A DNA stretch of 64,000 bases from NCBI RefSeq assembly GCF_058153355.1, contig NZ_CM177019.1; one strand, written 5' to 3'. The notes under the pieces were generated by a model. That model searched no databases, was not told where the DNA came from, and saw only the letters and a program-made list of their open reading frames with translations. The translations under genes and the position numbers were made by a program. Below are positions 51,575 to 64,000 of this stretch, one piece after another (the stretch's first letter is position 1; the number at the start of each line of letters is the position of its first letter).

Positions 51575-52083
51575 TACCGTTACTCGCCTTTGCCGCGTGG
51601 AGCGGCACTGGAAAAACTACGCTGCTGAAAAAACTGATCCCGGCATTATGCGCCAGAGGGATCCGTCCAGGGCTGATTAAGCATACGCACCATGATATGG
51701 ATGTTGATAAACCGGGCAAAGATAGCTATGAGCTGCGCAAGGCTGGCGCGGCACAAACCATCGTTGCCAGCCAGCAGCGATGGGCCTTGATGACGGAAAC
51801 ACCAGACGAAGAAGAGCTGGATCTACATTTTCTCGCAAGTCGAATGGATACCTCAAAACTGGATTTGATTCTGGTCGAAGGGTTTAAGCATGAAGAGATC
51901 GCAAAGATTGTGCTGTTTCGCGATGGAGCCGGACATCGACCGGAAGAATTAGTGATAGACAGACATGTTATTGCTGTAGCCAGTGATGTGCCGCTTAATC
52001 TTGATGTCGCGTTACTGGATATTAATGATGTTGAGGGGCTGGCTGATTTTGTGGTGGAGTGGATGCAAAATCAGGACGGATAA
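51571..52083 (+). CDS. mobB: Molybdopterin-guanine dinucleotide biosynthesis adapter MobB
   Basis: Track ORF 51556..52083; [22 protein letters not shown] (Walker A); ATGA overlap with mobA. Confidence 0.9.
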   Translation: MIPLLAFAAWSGTGKTTLLKKLIPALCARGIRPGLIKHTHHDMDVDKPGKDSYELRKAGAAQTIVASQQRWALMTETPDEEELDLHFLASRMDTSKLDLILVEGFKHEEIAKIVLFRDGAGHRPEELVIDRHVIAVASDVPLNLDVALLDINDVEGLADFVVEWMQNQDG

Positions 52084-52140
52084 GCAAGAGTAGGCTGGAT
52101 AAAACGCGCCATGCGTCGCACCCGGCATTTTTTTCTGCAC

Positions 52141-52175
52141 CAACGCAAAAAGGCCATCCGTCAGGATGGCCTTCT
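52141..52175 (-). terminator. rrnA operon terminator
   Basis: Hairpin aaggccatccgtcaggatggcctt with flanking T-run on the transcribed strand, immediately 3' of the 5S gene. Confidence 0.75.
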
Positions 52176-52185
52176 GCTTGATTTG

Positions 52186-52305
52186 ATGCCTGGCAGTTCC
52201 CTACTCTCGCATGGGGAGACCCCACACTACCATCGGCGCTACGGCGTTTCACTTCTGAGTTCGGCATGGGGTCAGGTGGGACCACCGCGCTAAGGCCGCC
52301 AGGCA
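52186..52305 (-). rRNA. rrfA: 5S ribosomal RNA
   Basis: Reverse complement matches E. coli 5S (TGCCTGGCGGC...GGGAACTGCCAGGCAT), 120 nt. Confidence 0.95.
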
Positions 52306-52398
52306 AATTCTGTTTCATCAGACCGCTTCTGCGTTCTGATTTAATCTGTATCAGGCTGAAAATCTTCTCTCAATCCGCCAAAACACCTTCGGCGTTGT

Positions 52399-55303
<2,905 letters not shown>

Positions 55304-55486
55304 TCACAACCCGAAGATGTTTCTTGCGATTCATCATCGTGTTGCGAAAATTTGAGAGACTCACGAACAACTTTCGTTGTTCAGTGTTTCAATTTTCAGC
55401 TTGATCCAGATTTTTAAAGAGCAAAACTTCGCAGTGAACCTTTGCAGGTACACTCTGAAGTATTTTTTATTTAATCACTACAGAGA

Positions 55487-55562
55487 TGGTGGAGCTATGC
55501 GGGATCGAACCGCAGACCTCCTGCGTGCAAAGCAGGCGCTCTCCCAGCTGAGCTATAGCCCC
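55487..55562 (-). tRNA. alaT: tRNA-Ala (UGC)
   Basis: Reverse complement GGGGCTATAGCTCAGCTGGGAGAGCGCCTGCTTTGCACGCAGGAGGTCTGCGGTTCGATCCCGCATAGCTCCACCA. Confidence 0.95.
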
Positions 55563-55604
55563 ATAACATGTAGTTAAAACCTCTTCAAATTTGCGGTGCA
55601 AATT

Positions 55605-55681
<77 letters not shown>

Positions 55682-55749
55682 GTAGAGGTTTTACTGCTCA
55701 TTTTCATCAGACAATCTGTGTGAGCACTGCAAAGCACAGTTCTTTAAGG

Positions 55750-57291
<1,542 letters not shown>

Positions 57292-57422
57292 AAAAGTTTG
57301 ATGCTCAAAGAATTAAACTTCGTAATGAATTACGTGTTCACTCTTGAGACTTGGTATTCATTTTTCGTCTTGCGACGTTAAGAATCCGTATCTTCGAGTG
57401 CCCACACAGATTGTCTGATAAA

Positions 57423-57640
57423 TTGTTAAAGAGCAGTGCCGCTTCGCTTTTTCTCAGCGGCGCGGGGTGTGCATAATACGCTTTCCCGCTACAGAGTCAA
57501 GCATTTTTTGCTTTTCTCTGTCGAGATTCTCAGGAGAATCTCGCTGACCCGGCGGCGTGTTTGCCGTTGTTCCGTGTCAGTGGTGGCGCATTATAGGGAG
57601 TTATTCCGGCCTGACAAGAGGAAATTTAAAATAATTTTCC
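57423..57640 (-). promoter_or_regulatory. rrnA promoters P1 and P2 with UP element and leader boxA antiterminator
   Basis: P1 -35 TTGTCA (57612..57617) and -10 TATAAT (57590..57595); AT-rich UP element 57618..57640; P2 -35 TTGACT (57495..57500) and -10 TATTAT (57473..57478); boxA TGCTCTTTAACAA (57423..57435); all read on the minus strand. Confidence 0.85.
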
Positions 57641-57666
57641 GACCGCGCATTTTTTACTCTTTATGC

Positions 57667-58212
57667 TTATTTCAGCGTCGGTTTGTCGGTTAAATGGGCG
57701 ATTTCTCGGGCGAAATTCGCCACCTGCTGCCAATCGGTATAGACAACTTCTTTGCGCGTATCCGTTTCACCGCCTGACATCTTCATAATCAGCTTGATCA
57801 TAAAGCGGTCGTACCAGCGGTAACGTGGATAACGTAGCGCCCCGGCAATGACGGCACAGCGATCGGGACGCCATTGTGAACTCATCAGAAACTTCCGCGC
57901 GTAGCTGTTGGTCTGTGGAGTACGCTTCTCCGGTTTACGCGCCACCAGGTTTACGGAGTAAAAGGCGCTCGGCATCGAATTCAGCCGCGTCGCATGCTTT
58001 TTGACAAATTCCTGGAACGCAGAGTGGTAGTGACCATAGCGAATAGAAGCACCAATGACCACGCGATCGTAGTTTTCCCACTGGGGTTCTTCAATGCGAT
58101 GCACATTAGCGACATCTGCCTGGATCCCCAGTTCTTTCAGTTCCGAAGCCAGGTAGGCGGCAATCTCGCGCGTTTGTCCGTCCCTTGTTGAGAAAAGAAT
58201 TAATGTTTTCAC
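57667..58212 (-). CDS. hemG: Protoporphyrinogen oxidase HemG (flavodoxin-like)
   Basis: ORF track 181 aa, [29 protein letters not shown]... Confidence 0.95.
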   Translation of the reverse strand: MKTLILFSTRDGQTREIAAYLASELKELGIQADVANVHRIEEPQWENYDRVVIGASIRYGHYHSAFQEFVKKHATRLNSMPSAFYSVNLVARKPEKRTPQTNSYARKFLMSSQWRPDRCAVIAGALRYPRYRWYDRFMIKLIMKMSGGETDTRKEVVYTDWQQVANFAREIAHLTDKPTLK

Positions 58213-58223
58213 GTATTACTCCA

Positions 58224-59675
58224 TCATTCACGCCAGAAAGTCGGGGTAAAGAGCACCAGCAATGTAAAGACCTCGAGACGACCAAACAGCATATTGGCAA
58301 TCAGGATCCATTTAGCCACCGGGTTCATACTGGTAAAGTTATCAGCAACCACGCCAAGCCCTGGCCCCAGGTTATTCAATGTCGCAACAACCGAGGCAAA
58401 GGCAGAAAAGTCATCCACACCCGTGGCGATAATCGCCAGCATACTGACAATAAACACCAATGCATAGGCAGAGAAAAATCCCCAAACAGCTTCGAGGATA
58501 CGTTCCGGCAGTGCGCGATTCCCCAGCTTAATGCTGTAAACGGCGTTCGGATGCACCAGTCGTTTCAGCTCACGGTTCCCCTGCTTAAACAGCAGCAGAA
58601 TGCGGATCACTTTCAGGCCACCGCCCGTAGACCCGGCGCAACCGCCAATAAATGCTGAACATAAAAGCAGTACCGGCAAAAAGAGCGGCCAGCGGGCAAT
58701 GCTGTCAGTCGTAAACCCGGCGGTTGTCGCCATCGACACCACCTGGAAAAACGCCTGGTTAATTGTCATCAGCGCCGAACTATAGACATTATGAAACCAC
58801 AGCACGAGGGTACAAATAACCACCAGCGTAAACTGTACGCCGATAAACATGCGAAATTCCGGATCGCGCCAATAAACCTTCAGACTACGCCCACTTAACA
58901 GCGAAAAGTGCAGACCGTAGTTACAGCCGGAGATCAGCAGGAAGATAGCAATGATAGTGTTAATAGTCGGGCTGTCGAAATAACCGATACTGGCATCATG
59001 TGTCGAGAAGCCGCCAATAGCGATAGTCGCAAAGCTATGGCCGATGGCATCAAAGGCATCCATTCCGGCAAACCACAACGCCAGCGCACAGGCGACGGTC
59101 AGCAAGACATAAATCAACCACAGGGTTTTCGCCGTTTCCGCAATTCGCGGGCGCATTTTGTTATCTTTCAGCGGGCCGGGCATTTCCGCGCGATAGAGCT
59201 GCATCCCACCCACGCCGAGGATAGGCAGTATCGCAACCGCCAAAACGATGATCCCCATCCCGCCAAACCATTGCAGCATCTGGCGATAAAAGAGGATTGC
59301 GTGAGGAAGTGTATCCAGTCCCACCAGCGTAGTGGCCCCCGTGGTAGTCAGACCGGAGAAAGATTCAAAAAACGCATCGGTAATCGTGAGGTTTGGGCTT
59401 TCCGAAAAGATAAAAGGGAGCGCACCGACGCTACCCAACACGGTCCAGAACAGCACCACTATCAGAAACCCTTCACGGGATTTCAGTTCGCCCTTTTCTT
59501 TACGGTTCGGCCACCACAGCATAGAACCAATGGCAAGGGCGACAAAAAAGGTCTGGGTAAAGGCGCGGCCCGCACCATCCCGGTAGATGAGTGCTACCAG
59601 CCCAGGGATAATCATGGTCCCTGAAAATAAGATGACCAGTAGTCCAACAATTCGGGTAATGGCGCGAAAATGCAT
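58224..59675 (-). CDS. trkH: Potassium uptake protein TrkH
   Basis: ORF track 483 aa polytopic membrane protein; synteny. Confidence 0.93.
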   Translation of the reverse strand: MHFRAITRIVGLLVILFSGTMIIPGLVALIYRDGAGRAFTQTFFVALAIGSMLWWPNRKEKGELKSREGFLIVVLFWTVLGSVGALPFIFSESPNLTITDAFFESFSGLTTTGATTLVGLDTLPHAILFYRQMLQWFGGMGIIVLAVAILPILGVGGMQLYRAEMPGPLKDNKMRPRIAETAKTLWLIYVLLTVACALALWFAGMDAFDAIGHSFATIAIGGFSTHDASIGYFDSPTINTIIAIFLLISGCNYGLHFSLLSGRSLKVYWRDPEFRMFIGVQFTLVVICTLVLWFHNVYSSALMTINQAFFQVVSMATTAGFTTDSIARWPLFLPVLLLCSAFIGGCAGSTGGGLKVIRILLLFKQGNRELKRLVHPNAVYSIKLGNRALPERILEAVWGFFSAYALVFIVSMLAIIATGVDDFSAFASVVATLNNLGPGLGVVADNFTSMNPVAKWILIANMLFGRLEVFTLLVLFTPTFWRE

Positions 59676-59713
59676 CTCTGCCGCTTCCTTAGTTCTGCAA
59701 AATGAAGTGGGGA

Positions 59714-60331
59714 TTATTCTTCAATCGCTAACAATTGCAATGAACCACGGCTAAAATCCGCCAGTTTTGCGGAAAATTCAGCCACTTTCGCCGCCGGAAG
59801 CGCCACCCGCAGCAGAACGAATGCCTGATAATCACTGTTGATAATTTTGCCGCCACACTGCCCCAGCAACGCTTCAATGCCGGTTAACTGACTATATTCA
59901 CATTGCAAAGTATATTCGGTTAATGGCGTCTTGCGTTGGGTCGTTAGCTGGCGCAGTGCCTGATTCACGCCGCCGCCATACGCTTTCACTAACCCACCGG
60001 TGCCCAGCAATATGCCGCCGTAGTAGCGCACCACCACGGCGGTAATTTCCCCGACGCCGCTGCCCATAAGTTGGGCGAGCATCGGTTTACCTGCCGTTCC
60101 CGCCGGTTCCCCGTCATCAGAGAAACCCAGTTGTTGAGAATCATCCGGTGCGCCAGCTACCCACGCCACACAATGGTGGCGAGCATCGGGATGCTCTGCC
60201 CGCACCGATTCAACAAACGCTTTCGCCGCCTCAACGCCATCGGTATGCGCCAACAGCGTAATGAAGCGGCTCTTTTTGATCTCTTCAACGACCGTGACCG
60301 GTGCCGCAGGGATTAACCAGCTTTCCATCAC
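59714..60331 (-). CDS. yigZ: IMPACT-family protein YigZ
   Basis: ORF track 205 aa; synteny between trkH and pepQ. Confidence 0.85.
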
Positions 60332-61659
60332 GCCAGTTTCAGATCCCGGGTCATGTTTTCCACGTTGTTTTCGTGGATCACCACGTTGTCTTCGATACGA
60401 ATGCCACCAAACGGTTTCAGTGCTTCAATTTTCTGCCAGTTGAAGTGTTTGCTGAACTGCCCTTCACGCCACGGCGCCAGCAGCGATTCGATGAAGTAGA
60501 TACCCGGTTCGATGGTTAACACCATGCCCGGCTGGAGAATACGAGTGCAGCGCAGGTACGGATATTTTGCCGGTGCCGCGAGGTGCGTACCGCTATCATC
60601 CTGCATAAAACCAGCGACGTCATGCACCTGCAGGCCCAGCGGATGGCCGATACCATGCGGCATAAACGGTCCGGTAAGATCATTTTCGACCATCGCCTCT
60701 TCACTCATATCGGTGATGATTTGATGTTTACGCAGCAGTTTGGCGATACGCTGATGGAACTGGATGTGGTAATCCACATAGCTGACGCCTGCTTTCATGG
60801 TAGCGATCAGCGCCAGTTGTTCATCATTTACGTCTTTCACCAGCTGTGCGTAGTCGTTGTCGCTTTTTGCCGACCAGGTACGGGTCAAGTCAGCCGCATA
60901 GCCGTTATATTCTGCCCCGGCATCCAGCAGGAAGCTGCGCATCTCTTCCGGAGCCTGATGGTCCAGTTTGGTGTAATGCAGTACCGCAGCGTGTTCGTTG
61001 AGCGCCACAATGTTGCTGTAAGGCACGTCGGTATCACGATGACCGGTCGCGGTCAGATAGGCAATGTTGATATCGAACTCGCTCATGCCAGAACGGAACG
61101 CTTCTTCTGCCGCGCGATGACCGTTGACCGCCATTTTCTGCGCTTCACGCATACAGGCCAGTTCGTACTCGGTTTTGAAGGAGCGATAGTAATGCAGGTA
61201 GTCGATCACCCCTTTCGGGTTGATATTGCTGGCCTCAATGCCCAGTTGCAGCGCTCGTTCCGGCACCGGGCCGATATACCCGATATTGCCGCGCGCAGCA
61301 GGCAACAGACTACCAATACCATCGGCTTTCGGCAGCGCGATCACTTCTACATCTTCAGTCCAGAAGGAGGTCGGCAGTGGTTCGACGTTGTGCCAGTAAT
61401 CAACCGGCAGATAAAACCACAGTTTCGGCTTGTTCACGCCATCTACCAGCAGCCAGCAGTTTGGCACCTGAGTTACCGGCACCCACGCTTTGAATTGCGG
61501 GTTCACTTTAAACGGATAGGGATGATCGTCGAGAAAAACGTTGAACAGTTCGCCGGAGTGAATAAGTAACGCATCCAGCTTGAAGCGCGCCAGCGCATCG
61601 CGAGTCCGTTCCTGTAAGGTAGCTATATGATTTTTATAGAGCGAGGCCAGTGATTCCAT
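60328..61659 (-). CDS. pepQ: Xaa-Pro dipeptidase (prolidase) PepQ
   Basis: ORF track 443 aa; metallopeptidase M24 motifs ([13 protein letters not shown]). Confidence 0.95.
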
Positions 61660-61805
61660 TTTTTACCCTTCTGTTTTTTGACCTTAAGTCTCCGCATCTT
61701 AGCACAACGTTAATACAGAGCGTGATTTCTGCCGAGCGTGATCAGATTGGCATTTCTTTAATCTTTTATTTGCATATTTTTAACACAAAATACACACTTC
61801 GTTTC

Positions 61806-61822
61806 ATCTGGTACGACCAGAT
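61806..61822 (+). promoter_or_regulatory. FadR operator in the fadBA promoter
   Basis: ATCTGGTACGACCAGAT palindrome 26 bp upstream of the fadB start. Confidence 0.8.
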
Positions 61823-61847
61823 CACCTTGCGGATTCAGGAGACTGAC

Positions 61848-64000
61848 ATGCTTTACAAAGGCGACACCCTGTACCTTGACTGGCTGGAAGATGGCATTGC
61901 CGAACTGGTATTTGATGCCCCAGGTTCAGTTAATAAACTCGACACTGCGACCGTCGCCAGCCTCGGCGAGGCCATCGGCGTGCTGGAACAGCAATCAGAT
62001 TTAAAAGGGCTGCTGCTGCGTTCGAATAAAGCAGCCTTTATCGTCGGTGCTGATATCACCGAATTCTTGTCCCTGTTCCTCGTTCCTGAAGAACAGTTAA
62101 GCCAGTGGCTGCATTTTGCCAATAGCGTGTTTAATCGCCTGGAAGATCTGCCGGTGCCGACCATTGCTGCCGTCAACGGCTATGCGCTGGGCGGTGGCTG
62201 CGAATGTGTGCTGGCGACCGATTATCGTCTGGCGACGCCAGATCTGCGCATCGGTCTACCGGAAACCAAACTGGGCATCATGCCGGGCTTTGGCGGTTCT
62301 GTACGTATGCCACGTATGCTCGGTGCTGATAGTGCGCTGGAAATCATTGCCGCCGGTAAAGATGTCGGCGCGGATCAGGCGCTGAAAATCGGTCTGGTGG
62401 ATGGCGTAGTCAAAGCAGAAAAACTGGTTGAAGGCGCGAAGGCAATTTTACGTCAGGCCATTAACGGCGACCTCGACTGGAAAGCGAAACGTCAGCCGAA
62501 GCTGGAACCGCTAAAACTGAGCAAGATTGAAGCCACCATGAGCTTCACCATCGCTAAAGGAATGGTCGCACAAACAGCAGGGAAACATTACCCCGCACCC
62601 ATCACCGCAGTAAAAACCATTGAAGCGGCTGCCCGTTTTGGTCGTGAAGAAGCATTAAATCTGGAAAACAAAAGTTTTGTCCCGCTGGCGCATACCAACG
62701 AAGCTCGCGCACTGGTCGGCATTTTCCTTAACGATCAATATGTAAAAGGTAAAGCGAAGAAACTCACCAAAGATGTTGAAACCCCGAAACAGGCCGCTGT
62801 GCTGGGCGCAGGCATTATGGGCGGCGGCATCGCTTACCAGTCTGCGTGGAAAGGCGTGCCGGTTGTCATGAAAGATATCAACGACAAGTCGTTAACCCTC
62901 GGCATGACCGAAGCCGCGAAACTGCTGAACAAGCAGCTTGAGCGCGGCAAGATCGACGGTCTGAAACTGGCTGGCGTGATCTCCACGATTCATCCAACGC
63001 TCGACTACGCCGGGTTTGATCGCGTGGACGTTGTGGTAGAAGCGGTTGTCGAAAACCCGAAAGTGAAAAAAGCCGTGCTGGCAGAAACCGAGCAGAAAGT
63101 ACGCCCGGATACCGTGCTGGCTTCCAATACTTCAACCATTCCTATCAGCGAACTGGCCAACGCGCTGGAACGCCCGGAAAACTTCTGCGGGATGCATTTC
63201 TTTAACCCAGTGCACCGGATGCCGTTGGTGGAAATTATTCGCGGTGAGAAAAGCTCCGACGAAACCATCGCGAAAGTTGTCGCATGGGCGAGCAAGATGG
63301 GTAAAACGCCAATTGTGGTTAATGACTGCCCCGGCTTCTTTGTTAACCGCGTGCTGTTCCCCTATTTCGCCGGTTTCAGTCAGCTGCTGCGCGACGGCGC
63401 GGATTTTCGCAAGATCGACAAAGTGATGGAAAAACAGTTCGGCTGGCCGATGGGTCCGGCATACCTGCTGGATGTCGTGGGCATTGATACCGCGCATCAC
63501 GCCCAGGCAGTGATGGCAGCAGGTTTCCCGCAGCGGATGCAGAAAGATTATCGCGATGCCATCGACGCACTGTTTGATGCCAACCGTTTTGGTCAGAAGA
63601 ACGGCCTCGGTTTCTGGCGTTATAAAGAAGACAGCAAAGGTAAGCCGAAGAAAGAAGAAGACGCCGCCGTTGACGACCTGCTGGCAGAAGTCAGCCAGCC
63701 GAAGCGCGATTTCAGCGAAGAAGAGATTATCGCCCGCATGATGATCCCGATGGTCAACGAAGTGGTGCGTTGTCTGGAGGAAGGCATTATCGCCACTCCG
63801 GCAGAAGCCGATATGGCGCTGGTCTACGGCCTGGGCTTCCCTCCGTTCCACGGCGGCGCGTTCCGCTGGCTGGACACCCTCGGTAGCGCAAAATACCTCG
63901 ATATGGCACAACAATATCAGCACCTCGGCCCGCTGTATGAAGTGCCGGAAGGTCTGCGTAATAAAGCGCGTCATAACGAACCGTACTATCCCCCGGTTGA
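61848..64000 (+). CDS. fadB: Fatty acid oxidation complex alpha subunit FadB, N-terminal ~717 codons; gene runs off the window end
   Basis: ATG at 61848, [73 protein letters not shown]...; no stop before the window end. Confidence 0.95.
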   Translation, partial: MLYKGDTLYLDWLEDGIAELVFDAPGSVNKLDTATVASLGEAIGVLEQQSDLKGLLLRSNKAAFIVGADITEFLSLFLVPEEQLSQWLHFANSVFNRLEDLPVPTIAAVNGYALGGGCECVLATDYRLATPDLRIGLPETKLGIMPGFGGSVRMPRMLGADSALEIIAAGKDVGADQALKIGLVDGVVKAEKLVEGAKAILRQAINGDLDWKAKRQPKLEPLKLSKIEATMSFTIAKGMVAQTAGKHYPAPITAVKTIEAAARFGREEALNLENKSFVPLAHTNEARALVGIFLNDQYVKGKAKKLTKDVETPKQAAVLGAGIMGGGIAYQSAWKGVPVVMKDINDKSLTLGMTEAAKLLNKQLERGKIDGLKLAGVISTIHPTLDYAGFDRVDVVVEAVVENPKVKKAVLAETEQKVRPDTVLASNTSTIPISELANALERPENFCGMHFFNPVHRMPLVEIIRGEKSSDETIAKVVAWASKMGKTPIVVNDCPGFFVNRVLFPYFAGFSQLLRDGADFRKIDKVMEKQFGWPMGPAYLLDVVGIDTAHHAQAVMAAGFPQRMQKDYRDAIDALFDANRFGQKNGLGFWRYKEDSKGKPKKEEDAAVDDLLAEVSQPKRDFSEEEIIARMMIPMVNEVVRCLEEGIIATPAEADMALVYGLGFPPFHGGAFRWLDTLGSAKYLDMAQQYQHLGPLYEVPEGLRNKARHNEPYYPPV

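Noticed and set aside
52186-52305. Apparent single-base difference in 5S rRNA (GGCCTTAGCGCGG) from the sequence I recall
   Set aside because: Cannot distinguish a true rrfA allele from imperfect recall; rRNA operon copies vary slightly.
63132-63974. 280-aa minus-strand ORF
   Set aside because: Antisense to fadB, which has a clear conserved reading frame; no start context.

Overview
This window is an Escherichia coli chromosomal segment with K-12-like gene order (fadB-pepQ-trkH-hemG-rrnA-mobBA-dsbA-polA-spf-engB-csrC-hemN-glnGLA-typA-ompL-yihOPQR), shown reverse-complemented relative to K-12. Positions 1-19506 are the left ~19.5 kb of a bacteriophage Mu prophage, near-identical to canonical Mu by recall: attL, c, ner, A, B, the semi-essential early region with gam and gemA, mor, C, the lysis cassette, terminase, portal and head genes through the 5' part of T. 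The prophage continues past the window start. Its left end sits 34 bp upstream of the yihR start codon in the sulfoquinovose (yih) cluster. That cluster also carries a TauE/SafE-family permease gene between yihR and yihQ that I do not recall in K-12. The most interesting region is 27.2-32.9 kb: where K-12 has yihLMN, this strain has an AT-rich six-gene operon (LRR protein, RimK-like ATP-grasp ligase, NPP-type phosphodiesterase, HemN-like radical SAM, a small viperin-like radical SAM, Cof-type HAD phosphatase) of unknown function. The rest is core genome, including the complete rrnA operon, sRNAs csrC, spf and a putative GlnZ, and the small protein gene yshB missing from the ORF track. All identifications are from reading the sequence and recall of known proteins; no database search was run.
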